A DNA stretch of 29,797 nucleotides, taken from positions 1 through 29,797 of the forward strand of contig CAYQUJ010000006.1 in NCBI GenBank assembly GCA_964420745.1. Direction: 5' to 3'. The notes under the pieces were generated by a model. It did no database searches. It had not been told where the DNA came from and saw only the letters and a program-made list of their open reading frames with translations. Positions 1-8,800 of this stretch are shown piece after piece (within the stretch, counting starts at the first letter, position 1; every line of letters starts with the position of its first letter). The DNA is from an uncultured Candidatus Saccharibacteria bacterium. GTDB taxonomy: Bacteria; Patescibacteriota; Minisyncoccia; Phycocordibacterales; WO2-35-19. The position numbers and the translations under genes are program-made.

Positions 1-1031
1 CCCCCCAGACCTCCCCCCCCCCCCACTGCTCCACCTCCCCCTCCTCCCCCACATAAAACTGATGTTCCAAAAGCGGATGACCCGCCACCGCCACCAGCTC
101 CGTATTTACCAGAAACTGCTCCCCCGCCACCGCCACCTCCAAAACACTGAACAGAAATATTCCCTACTATACCAGATGGCTTTGTCCATGTACTATCCGA
201 TTGCAATACAGTAGTAATAATTGTTGTTGAAGAATAATCAAAATAATACCCTAGGTAATTGTTGCCATCATATACAAAATTAAAAAGATTTTTAGTATTT
301 GCGGCAGCGCTCAGAGTTGGAGAAACGCCATTAGGCCACATTACACTAACGGGCCATGTGGTTGTTCTTCCCCCGGCCTCATCTTGGATAACAATAAGTT
401 TATATTCTCCACCCGCTTGACCATTACTAAACACCAATGTGAGATTACTTGTTAAGGTTATTGTCTGCACATTAGCCGTGTTCCAATCAACAGAAGATGT
501 AGTGCTTGCTAATCGGCTATAAATAGCTCCAGAAACATCAAGGGCATGTTGTGGCGATGAATTACCAATACTCACATTCCCACTTTCTGCCACAAATAAT
601 TTCGATGTTCCAGATGTAGAGATAACATTAAGCAAGGATTGACCCACAGAACCTTTCACTGTCAGTTTAGAAGGTGTTGAAGTAGAATTTGTTCCTATAC
701 TAAGAGCATTGTTGACAAAATCCCAAAACAGATTGCCGTTATCTTGGGCGAAACCGTTTGAATAAAAGAATACCGACCCGTTAGTAAAAGATGTTGTCAC
801 CCCAGTACCTCCTTGATTCACCGCCCATGGAATACCATCCCATTGAAATAAATGGGTGTTGCCACCAGAGTTAGAAATTTTCATATGCATGGTTGTAGCA
901 TCCGATGTCGTAGCCAAGAATTGCTGAGAGGCAGTCAAACCATCAAGTGTATTAAGAGCTGCAAAAGAAACAGGCGGAAATAAAGCAAACGTAACTCCCA
1001 TCAAGACAGAGGCTATCATTATTTTTTTCAT
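1..1031 (-). CDS. Secreted Gly-rich, tail-fibre-like surface protein (partial; C-terminus runs off the window)
   Basis: Hand translation from ATG at 1031 stays open to position 3, with the frame checked at several codons. Signal-peptide-like N-terminus MKKIMIASVLMGVTFALFPPVSFA, then a Ser/Thr/Gly/Asn-rich beta-type region (GNVSIGNSSPQHALDVSG; DWNTANVQTITLTSNLTLVFSN...WPNGVSPTLS...FVYDGNNYLG), then TWTKPSG...VQCFGGGGGGG Gly-rich domain. Absent from the ORF track because there is no stop codon in the window. Confidence 0.85.
   Translation of the reverse strand, partial: MKKIMIASVLMGVTFALFPPVSFAALNTLDGLTASQQFLATTSDATTMHMKISNSGGNTHLFQWDGIPWAVNQGGTGVTTSFTNGSVFFYSNGFAQDNGNLFWDFVNNALSIGTNSTSTPSKLTVKGSVGQSLLNVISTSGTSKLFVAESGNVSIGNSSPQHALDVSGAIYSRLASTTSSVDWNTANVQTITLTSNLTLVFSNGQAGGEYKLIVIQDEAGGRTTTWPVSVMWPNGVSPTLSAAANTKNLFNFVYDGNNYLGYYFDYSSTTIITTVLQSDSTWTKPSGIVGNISVQCFGGGGGGGAVSGKYGAGGGGGSSAFGTSVLCGGGGGGGAVGGGGGLG
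13..24 (+). repeat. 12-nt poly-C tract (poly-G on the coding strand) within Gly codons
   Basis: Positions 13-24 are 12 consecutive C, read in frame as V-G-G-G-G. Confidence 0.8.
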
Positions 1032-1115
1032 ATTTTTATTAAATTAGTTGCTAATATTAAAGTATAATTTTAAGTTTAAATAAAAAATTTGTAAAAGCAA
1101 AAAGTGGATAAAAAA

Positions 1116-1865
1116 TTATATTCTAAATATCTTTTTTACCACATTTTTAATCACTGCAAATCTTTCAAGAAAATAATATGCGGCAGATTTATAGGTATAA
1201 GTATATTCGTTAATCACTTCCCCGCCAAAAGACATTTTAAACTTGGTTATATTGGAAACATTTGGATTTTTGAAATTGACCGAGGCCAGATCCAGAGAAT
1301 TGAAATCGTTCGCTTTCCCCCAAAGACAGATCTCCCACATTAATCTCCTGGTGGCGTAAGCTATCGTCCGGTAAAGCTCTTTGTCTTCAGTTTCCAGCCT
1401 CTTGGAAAAGATGTACCTTATCCTCAGGTCATTTTCACCAACATCTACAAAAATTCCAGATACCATATCACCTTTAAACGATGCAGAAAATACCATGCAA
1501 TCCGCCAGATTATTCTTTGAAAAAGGAATTCGATTTTGGCTATATTCAAAATTCTTATACAAATGGTATGCCTCATTAAACTTCTTATCATCTACAGTTA
1601 TATTAATATTGGGGAGTTTATATGTCTTTCTTATTTCGTTTCTAGTGGTGTCGTTAAACTTTCTAAAAATTTCTTCTTCCGGTTCGTTGAGGTTTATAAC
1701 AGATGTTGTTTTGATTTTGGTTCTAAAACCCGGCAATGCCAATTTTTTATGACTTATTATTATAATCGAAGAAAATTTTTTGCTGTTTATCAACTCGTTA
1801 ATTTTCCCGTCCTCAAGAACAGCGAATACCGTGCGGAAAAATAATTTTTTGCTTTCTAGTATCAT
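1116..1865 (-). CDS. FemAB/FemX-like (GNAT-fold) acyl- or aminoacyl-transferase
   Basis: Fem-type motifs TSVINLNEPEEEIFRKFNDTTRNEIRK, LMWEICLWGK..DFNSLDL and ITKFKMSFGG; single-domain size of 249 aa. Confidence 0.7.
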   Translation of the reverse strand: MILESKKLFFRTVFAVLEDGKINELINSKKFSSIIIISHKKLALPGFRTKIKTTSVINLNEPEEEIFRKFNDTTRNEIRKTYKLPNINITVDDKKFNEAYHLYKNFEYSQNRIPFSKNNLADCMVFSASFKGDMVSGIFVDVGENDLRIRYIFSKRLETEDKELYRTIAYATRRLMWEICLWGKANDFNSLDLASVNFKNPNVSNITKFKMSFGGEVINEYTYTYKSAAYYFLERFAVIKNVVKKIFRI

Positions 1866-1872
1866 TTTATAC

Positions 1873-2811
1873 TTATAAATTCATATAAACTCTGACTTTA
1901 AATTCTGTCATGCTTCCGGTCTCCGCGGTTATCTTTTTTATCCTAAACGGATATTTTTCTAAATATTCAAAATCGTTGAATCCACTTATGGTGGAGACAC
2001 CGAAGGTATAGCCGGCTGAATTGACAGATGATTCTACTTTTTCGTTATTTCTGCCATATGGATATGAAATTGTTTCTACCTCTCTGCCCACTTTTTCTTC
2101 TAATATTTTTTTTGAAGAGATCAGTTCATTTTCAAGATCCGAATCGTTCAATTCAGTGAGTTTTTGGTGAGCAATGCCATGTGAACCTATTTCAAAATTG
2201 TTATTGGAAAGATCTCGCACTTCCGGCCAATCTAAAAATATATCAAAATTTTCCGGTTGTGGTTTGAAATTATTTTTTGAATAAAAAGTTTTTAAGAATT
2301 TTTCTCTTTCTTGCATAGGCATTTTTTTAATTTTCTTTATCTCGGTTTCAATTTCTTTCTTGTTTCTTCCCTTTTCACCCAAAAAGTGTCTCAATCCCAA
2401 AGTCCACAAAAAATGAGTCCTGTCTATCAAGCCGGTGGTAATGAAGATCGTTGCTGGGATATTATGCTTTTTTAAAATGGGCAGAGCATTCACCAAGACA
2501 TCTTTAAACCCATCGTCAAAGAAAATGATCGTCGGTTTTGATAATTTTTTTGTTTCTTTATTTTTCAAATCAGAAAAATGGATAAAGGTGTGCCCGTTAT
2601 TTTTCAAAAAAATAAGCTGTTTTTCAAAATCTTTTGAATTTACTGAAATGTTCCAGTACAATTTTTGCAAGAGTTCGTCTTTGTTTACATCGTCAAAGAT
2701 GCTATGGTATCCTATACAAAAAATTTTTCTGTTCAAAAACATCCCAACAAGCCAACTTAGCCCGGAATAATAACACGTGAAAATAACAATTTTTTTAAGA
2801 ATTGATTTCAT
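1873..2811 (-). CDS. Polysaccharide deacetylase (NodB/CE4 family)
   Basis: CE4 motifs IGYHSI, IIFFDDGF, ATIFITTG, IGSHGIAHQKL, ISYPYG. ATG at 2811 (MKSILKK) preferred over the track start at 2862. Confidence 0.9.
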   Translation of the reverse strand: MKSILKKIVIFTCYYSGLSWLVGMFLNRKIFCIGYHSIFDDVNKDELLQKLYWNISVNSKDFEKQLIFLKNNGHTFIHFSDLKNKETKKLSKPTIIFFDDGFKDVLVNALPILKKHNIPATIFITTGLIDRTHFLWTLGLRHFLGEKGRNKKEIETEIKKIKKMPMQEREKFLKTFYSKNNFKPQPENFDIFLDWPEVRDLSNNNFEIGSHGIAHQKLTELNDSDLENELISSKKILEEKVGREVETISYPYGRNNEKVESSVNSAGYTFGVSTISGFNDFEYLEKYPFRIKKITAETGSMTEFKVRVYMNL

Positions 2812-3922
2812 GTAAAATATTTTTTGCCCTTTTTTGCCAGGTAAATTCCAAAACACGCTCAAAGGCCTTGTCTGCCAAATTTTCGGCTAACGCTTCATCA
2901 TCCAAAATTGTGCCTATCCCTTCTTGCAATTCGGTTGCATGCTCTGGTTCAACCAATAATGCGCTGTCTTTTAAAATCTCCGTGAGCGAAAGAAGTTTAG
3001 TAGCAATAATGGGTCTTTTTGAAGCCATGTATTCAAAAATCTTCAAAGGAGACATGAAAAAACTGTAGTGTTCGTTTTTCGGAAATGGGGCAATCAATGC
3101 GTCAAATGCTTTAAGATAGATCGGTATTAGGTTATGAGAAACCCGGCCAATGAAAATAAGTCTGCTTTCTATCCCTAATATTTTCCCTTTTTGTTTATAA
3201 AAATCAATATCACTCTGATACCCCCCAACCAAAACCAGAATAGCATTTGGAGAATTGAGTCCACTAAAAGCTTCTAGGGCCGTCCCTATCCCCTTTTCCA
3301 TGCCCAAAGTTCGAAGCATTCCAACATAACCGATAAGTTTTTTGCCTTGCGGCAAGTTCAGCTTTCGCCTGGCATTCTCTTTAGAAATATCAATATCAAA
3401 TTTTGAAAGATCGACACCGTCATGGGCAACTATTATTTTGTTTTCCGGAATTCCATTTTCGATAAGGCGTTCTTTTATGAATGAAGTGAGAACCACCAAT
3501 TTGTTGGCCCTTTTCCAAATGTGCCGATGAAATGGCCTTATTCGCTTCGGCAAAGAATGAAGTTCTAATACAACCTTGCCCCAAAAAAATCCGGCCATTT
3601 GTTCCCGCGTGTATAAAATATCGTAATGTTTGAATAACAAATAAATTTTAGCGGATATAAGAAAAGTCAAAGTCTGTATCCAAAAAAATATATTTTTGCC
3701 ATTTAGAAAAATAAGGTCGAGACAAGGGAGTCTTTTTAATGGAAAAATTTTCTTGACGCCGTAGTACGAAAACGGACTTTCTTTTATAGGATTAACCCTG
3801 CGGGGCACTAGCAGTTCAACTTCACAGTTGTTTTCTGTAAATGCCTGACACATCTGCATTACCTGCAGCCCGTGCGCCAATTCCGTCGGCATTCTGTTGT
3901 TTGATATATATATTAATTTCAT
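2795..3922 (-). CDS. Glycosyltransferase family 4
   Basis: GT-B motifs HDGVDLSKF, IGYVGMLR...KG, SPLKIFEYMASKRPII. Confidence 0.92.
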   Translation of the reverse strand: MKLIYISNNRMPTELAHGLQVMQMCQAFTENNCEVELLVPRRVNPIKESPFSYYGVKKIFPLKRLPCLDLIFLNGKNIFFWIQTLTFLISAKIYLLFKHYDILYTREQMAGFFWGKVVLELHSLPKRIRPFHRHIWKRANKLVVLTSFIKERLIENGIPENKIIVAHDGVDLSKFDIDISKENARRKLNLPQGKKLIGYVGMLRTLGMEKGIGTALEAFSGLNSPNAILVLVGGYQSDIDFYKQKGKILGIESRLIFIGRVSHNLIPIYLKAFDALIAPFPKNEHYSFFMSPLKIFEYMASKRPIIATKLLSLTEILKDSALLVEPEHATELQEGIGTILDDEALAENLADKAFERVLEFTWQKRAKNILHEINS

Positions 3923-3926
3923 TAGA

Positions 3927-5672
3927 TTACTTCACCTTAAATATGGAAACATCGTTGAATTCTGCCTGCGGGGATAAAAAAGTATATTGCTTAAATTTGC
4001 CGGCCAGATTTTTGTATCTTTCATCGCCAAAGTCCACCAAGACATAATCGACCTCGTATGTTTTAAGAGCTTTTTCAAACCCCATTTTTTTGAATTTGGC
4101 GTCTTTATCTAAAACCGCATCAATAACTTCCTGTTCCATTAAAACCGTTTCTGGGTACGTTCGGCCAGTAATAAGCTGCAATATTTTTCTTCTGGATTCT
4201 TTGTTTTGATAAGTGTCTATGAATTTATTAGTCCAGATATCCCGATTGCCTCTTATATCTTTTTCTTTTACATCTTCAAAAAATTTTTGAATAACCCAGC
4301 GATTTTCCAATTCATCGTCGGACATCATGGACATGCCGGCCCCGCTCGCGAAATAGACACTGTTGTGCGTGTAAATAGGCACCGCCCAGCCATAGCCTTC
4401 GCCGAGTATATATACAGCCGAATCGGCTGGAGTGTTATCTTGAAGCCAAGCCAGTACAGGGGCCATGTTTTGCAAAGAAGAAATGTTTGAGGGAGAGATT
4501 ATTCTCAGGGGGTATAAAATTTCCCTTTTTTGTTTGTAGAAAATAAAAGCAAAAATTATAAATATCATAAATACCAGAACTGCAGAGCTTTTAGCGGACT
4601 GGCTTAAATTATCGCGGTTAACCGTCGATAAAAATATCGCCCCTATTAAAAATACGAAAAGAATAACAACCAAATAAAAATGGGGCGGAAACTGCAAAGT
4701 CTTGCCAGTAATTACATTTTGCCAATTTAAAACAATGCCGCTTATCACCAAAGCCCATCCGAAAAGTACGGTTTTGCGGTCTTTGATAAATTTCTGCAAC
4801 AAATACATTATGGGAACGCAAAAAATCATTAGAGACACGTTTAGAAACGCGCCGGGCCAATGAGTATTTATAAATCCGAAACGAAGACTGGCCTCGGCAA
4901 ACAATGGGCTCATGGAAAGTTGCAAAGCATTAAAAGCAAAAGGGATGGACCAAATAACAGCCGGAACAAAAAAAGAAAGCCAATTTTTTATCCAATAGCC
5001 AAAATCTTTCTCAGTATATGCAATAAGAAAAGTCCATAAGGTATAAACCGCGCCAATGGTCATCCAATAAAATGGGTAGGCATAAACCAAAATTCCAAAA
5101 ATGACTGATAGCGAAATATTGTAAGCCAATATCTTTTTAATTTCATACTTCCCTGTTGCGACGAGCCACACCAAATTGAGACCGGCGAGCAAAAAGATGA
5201 AGCCGAATTGAGGGTTGATAGGGCGGTTGAAGGCAGAAAGAAAACAGAGAAAAAACAAACCGGAAAACAAAAGTGATATCTTTTTTGACTGGCTTATTTT
5301 CCAAATCAGGCTATATAAAAGCAAAACCGAAACGGCCGGCAAAAAAAAGTCGTTGACCATGGCCAAAGAGGCAGGCGAAATGCGCAGAAGTTTTGCCGCG
5401 CCCGAATATATAATCTCCGGAAGTGGAGGTTGCATATACGGCCCTGTTTTATATTCCTTTATGTAAGGGTTACTTAGGTTTGAATGCCCATCATAAACTT
5501 CTCTAGCCAGCGCCATGTAAAAATCCTCGTCATCGCTCGAAAGTCCGTATATCCCCTTAAAATCAGGGTCTGTTTTCCACACAGAGACAATGGTGGGAAG
5601 GACGATAATCGCGCCTACAATAAAAGCCAACAAAAATGCCAGCCGGTGTTTTTTTATCGTATTGAAAACCAT
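3927..5672 (-). CDS. Multipass membrane protein, GT-C-like glycosyltransferase
   Basis: About 11-13 hydrophobic segments, acidic SDDEDFY motif after TM1, and a soluble C-terminal domain (WLQDNTP...YEVDYVLVD) as seen in GT-C proteins. Confidence 0.6.
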   Translation of the reverse strand: MVFNTIKKHRLAFLLAFIVGAIIVLPTIVSVWKTDPDFKGIYGLSSDDEDFYMALAREVYDGHSNLSNPYIKEYKTGPYMQPPLPEIIYSGAAKLLRISPASLAMVNDFFLPAVSVLLLYSLIWKISQSKKISLLFSGLFFLCFLSAFNRPINPQFGFIFLLAGLNLVWLVATGKYEIKKILAYNISLSVIFGILVYAYPFYWMTIGAVYTLWTFLIAYTEKDFGYWIKNWLSFFVPAVIWSIPFAFNALQLSMSPLFAEASLRFGFINTHWPGAFLNVSLMIFCVPIMYLLQKFIKDRKTVLFGWALVISGIVLNWQNVITGKTLQFPPHFYLVVILFVFLIGAIFLSTVNRDNLSQSAKSSAVLVFMIFIIFAFIFYKQKREILYPLRIISPSNISSLQNMAPVLAWLQDNTPADSAVYILGEGYGWAVPIYTHNSVYFASGAGMSMMSDDELENRWVIQKFFEDVKEKDIRGNRDIWTNKFIDTYQNKESRRKILQLITGRTYPETVLMEQEVIDAVLDKDAKFKKMGFEKALKTYEVDYVLVDFGDERYKNLAGKFKQYTFLSPQAEFNDVSIFKVK

Positions 5673-6526
5673 TATTTTTTGCGTCCTATATAATAAAATG
5701 TAGCGGCAATGTTCTCGCTCAATGGAAATTTATGAAATATGTAATCCAGGTAACACAAAGGAGCGAATAAGACCAGAAACGCCATGAATAAAATCTGGTG
5801 CGCTTTTTTTAGTCCAAAAGAAAGGATGGTGGCCATAAATTCAGCCAGAACCCAGCTTAAGGCCGCCCCTCCTCCAGAACGCATACCGCAATCAATTTCA
5901 TCGAAATCATTCATCAGTTCCTTAAGCCCCATTTTGCTCCAACGGTAATAATCCGACGGGGACGAATGGAAACTAAATACGAAAGGCACGACGACATAAA
6001 CCAAAGCTCCCGGCTTCATAACACGATACATTTCAGAAACGACGGCTTTGGGATCTTTCACATGCTCGAGTACTTCTTCGCAAATCACTGCATCCGTTGT
6101 GTTGTCAGCAAACGGCAGGTTCATAATGTCGGCAACAAAATTAACATTTTCAAACGGATGAAAATCAACATTGATGACGTCTTCTCTCACAACGGAGACG
6201 CCTGACCCCAAATTTAAAATAACATCTCCTTCGGGTATGTTTTTTATCGCATCGGAAGCGCTTTTGCCAAGAAAGGACGAGCCGACCAGTCTTTCAATAA
6301 TAAAAAACAGCCACGGATTCGCCTTGATAAGAAGTTTTATTTTGTTTACAAAAACATCGTTGTTCTTTTCGTCAAATCCCAAATTGGCTTGCCTCACGAA
6401 ATACGCTTTTCCACCCCTTACGTCAAAAAAAGGCCAATTTTTTTTGAAAGACAATTTTTTGAAAGCATCTCTTTTCTGGGGAATTTCGGTCAGATTATTA
6501 ATTTGAGAATTGAATGTTTCTTGCAT
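5672..6526 (-). CDS. Class I SAM-dependent methyltransferase
   Basis: ILNLGSG, INVDF, VADIMNLPFAD, EVLEHV, KPGALVYVVVPF...HSSPSDYYRW. Stop overlaps the next start (TAATG). Confidence 0.9.
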   Translation of the reverse strand: MQETFNSQINNLTEIPQKRDAFKKLSFKKNWPFFDVRGGKAYFVRQANLGFDEKNNDVFVNKIKLLIKANPWLFFIIERLVGSSFLGKSASDAIKNIPEGDVILNLGSGVSVVREDVINVDFHPFENVNFVADIMNLPFADNTTDAVICEEVLEHVKDPKAVVSEMYRVMKPGALVYVVVPFVFSFHSSPSDYYRWSKMGLKELMNDFDEIDCGMRSGGGAALSWVLAEFMATILSFGLKKAHQILFMAFLVLFAPLCYLDYIFHKFPLSENIAATFYYIGRKK

Positions 6527-6535
6527 AGGTATATA

Positions 6536-7621
6536 TCAAATAATAACCGGCTCGAAGAAAGTGTCTGGGTCGGCCGGATTAAAGATTTCGTTGCTCCAAA
6601 ACATGGTAAGCAATTCTTCGGAACCTATATTTTCAATCGAGTGGGTATAATACGTCGGCATGTCTACATAAGCCGGCTTATCCCCAGAAACTTTGTACTC
6701 CAATATTTCATCCGACAAAAGTTTTCTCATTTTTATGCTCGCTTCCCCTTTGACCACGCAAAACCTCTCTATTTTTCTGGTGTGGTAGTGATTGCCTCTC
6801 ACAACGCCGGGTTTGGTGGTGGAAAAAAACGCCTGGCCGCCGGTTTTCTCTTTCACTATTTCAAACAGCTCTCCCCTGTCATCTTTTTTTAATTCTATGC
6901 CAACCGGAAAAAAATTCGCCGGCAGACATGAACGAAACGTGTTAAATAAATGTTGTTCAAATTTATCCTTGCATTGAGGTATTATGCCCGAAAAATATTC
7001 GTCACGAAAATGTTTTAGGAGAGAGTAAATTTCTCCGACTTTCATTTCTCTCCCAAGAGATTCAATAATACCCTCGGGCGATTCAGCGATCAGAGCTTCA
7101 AAAATCAGAGAGCAAATATCTTCCGCATAGATGGGTCTGGCAAACGCAGATTCGTTGATATTAGAATTCTTTTTCTCAATTAACTCATGGCAAAAAGTAG
7201 TGATGAAAGTATTATAGTAAGGCCTGGCAAATTCTCCGAAAATGTTTGGTCCCACGATGGAAACGGTTCCGGTTTTATTTTTTTCTCCCCATTCGGCAAT
7301 CATTTTTTCGGATTCTCTCTTTGCTTTGCCGTAAGCCGTCTCGCCCGCCCTGTGTGTTGAAGATAGAAAAATAATTTTGGGTTTCTTGTTGTAGTCAAGA
7401 GCTTGCAGGACTTTTTTCGTCAGATTTATGTTTGTGTTGTAAACTTCCTCCTCTCCTCCTCTGTTTAATTCCGCCAAATGGATAACTGCGTCGCAATCGG
7501 CAAGTTTAGAAAAATCATCATCAATCAAAACAAGAGAAAAATCGTCTTTACGTTTATGAAAATAAAAACGCAGATGTGTTCCCACCAAATCGGAATAACC
7601 GGTAATGCCAACACGCTTCAT
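6536..7621 (-). CDS. fnlB: FnlB/WbjC/CapF-type SDR-cupin bifunctional enzyme (UDP-L-FucNAc pathway)
   Basis: N-terminal SDR (YGKAK, NIFGEFARPYYNTFITTFCH) fused to a C-terminal cupin (DDRGELFE, TKPGVVRGNHYHTRKIERF, DMPTYYTHSIEN, WSNEIFNPADPDTF). Confidence 0.88.
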   Translation of the reverse strand: MKRVGITGYSDLVGTHLRFYFHKRKDDFSLVLIDDDFSKLADCDAVIHLAELNRGGEEEVYNTNINLTKKVLQALDYNKKPKIIFLSSTHRAGETAYGKAKRESEKMIAEWGEKNKTGTVSIVGPNIFGEFARPYYNTFITTFCHELIEKKNSNINESAFARPIYAEDICSLIFEALIAESPEGIIESLGREMKVGEIYSLLKHFRDEYFSGIIPQCKDKFEQHLFNTFRSCLPANFFPVGIELKKDDRGELFEIVKEKTGGQAFFSTTKPGVVRGNHYHTRKIERFCVVKGEASIKMRKLLSDEILEYKVSGDKPAYVDMPTYYTHSIENIGSEELLTMFWSNEIFNPADPDTFFEPVII

Positions 7622-7630
7622 ATTAACGCC

Positions 7631-7658
7631 ATTCTATCAATTTTCTCCCATTTTTCAA
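7631..7658 (-). promoter_or_regulatory. Sigma70-type promoter for fnlB
   Basis: TTGAAA, 16 nt, TAGAAT with extended TG (TGATAGAAT); 9 nt upstream of the ATG in the 45-bp intergenic gap. Confidence 0.6.
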
Positions 7659-7666
7659 GCCCATAA

Positions 7667-8800
7667 TTACTGTTCTTGCCACACTGTGCGCTTCACATAA
7701 TCGGTATAGCTTAAGATAATGCGTAAGATTTTTTTGGAAACATTCGGAACCATGTAGTCTTCCGGAATTTTAAACTCTCTCTTAGCCCCATGCTGATTTT
7801 TAACAACTTCCAGAGCTTGCAATACCCGCTCAGGATTAAGGCCGGTCATTACCACTGCCGCTTCGTCCATCGCTTCATTGCGTTCATGAGCATCGCGCAG
7901 ATTGAGCCCGGGGAAATTGAGAATGGGCGATTCAATACTAATAGTGCCACTGTCAGTCAGAACACATAAGGAATTTTTCTGGAGCTTCACAAAATCAAAA
8001 AAGCCCATTGGCTTCATTAGCCTTACTTCTTTTGGCAGTTTAATATTTTTCTCCGCCAAGCGTTTCTGGGTTCTGGGATGGGCCGAAAAAATAATGGGCA
8101 GTTTGTATTTTTCGGAAACGGTTTCTATGATTTTTATGAGGCTGTTGAAATTTTTTTCGCTGTCTATATTTTCTTCGCGGTGAAGGGTCAAAACAAAGTA
8201 TTTTCGTTTTTGCAAATGGAGCTTGTTTAAAATTTTTGAAGCCTCAATTTTATGCTTGTAGACCTCTAGCACTTCAAACATGGTTGCCCCACTTTTAATT
8301 ATTCTGTCTATCGGCAGACCTTCCCTGATTAAATTATCTCTGGTGATATCGCTATACACGATATTGATATCGCTCACATGGTCAACCACTTTTCGGTTCA
8401 CTTCTTCAGGCACCCGGGCGTCAAAAGAACGGTTCCCCGCTTCCATATGAAAAATAGGGATCTTTCTGCGTTTGGCGGAATAGACGCTCAGAGCGCTATT
8501 GGTGTCTCCAAGTATCAAAAAGGCATCTGGCTTTTCCTGCAAGATAAGTTTGTCTATTTTAATAATGACATTGCCTACCGTCTCAATGCCGTTTTTGCCA
8601 GCTGCATCCAAAAAATAATCCGGCTTTCGCAATCCCAAATCCTTGAAAAAAATTTCGTTCAGTTCGTAATCGTAATTTTGGCCGGTATGCACAAGTACAT
8701 GGTCGGTGTGTTTATCAAGCTCTTTGATAACTTCGCAAAGTTTGATAATCTCCGGCCTCGTCCCGACCACCGTCATCACTTTAATTTTTTTTGTTTCCAT
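7667..8800 (-). CDS. fnlC: FnlC/WbjD/Cap5G-type non-hydrolysing UDP-HexNAc 2-epimerase
   Basis: VVGTRPEIIKL, HTGQNYDYELNEIFF, ILGDTNSAL, FHMEAGNRSFD..VPEEVNR, TLHREEN, TDSGTI, RDAHER. Confidence 0.92.
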   Translation of the reverse strand: METKKIKVMTVVGTRPEIIKLCEVIKELDKHTDHVLVHTGQNYDYELNEIFFKDLGLRKPDYFLDAAGKNGIETVGNVIIKIDKLILQEKPDAFLILGDTNSALSVYSAKRRKIPIFHMEAGNRSFDARVPEEVNRKVVDHVSDINIVYSDITRDNLIREGLPIDRIIKSGATMFEVLEVYKHKIEASKILNKLHLQKRKYFVLTLHREENIDSEKNFNSLIKIIETVSEKYKLPIIFSAHPRTQKRLAEKNIKLPKEVRLMKPMGFFDFVKLQKNSLCVLTDSGTISIESPILNFPGLNLRDAHERNEAMDEAAVVMTGLNPERVLQALEVVKNQHGAKREFKIPEDYMVPNVSKKILRIILSYTDYVKRTVWQEQ

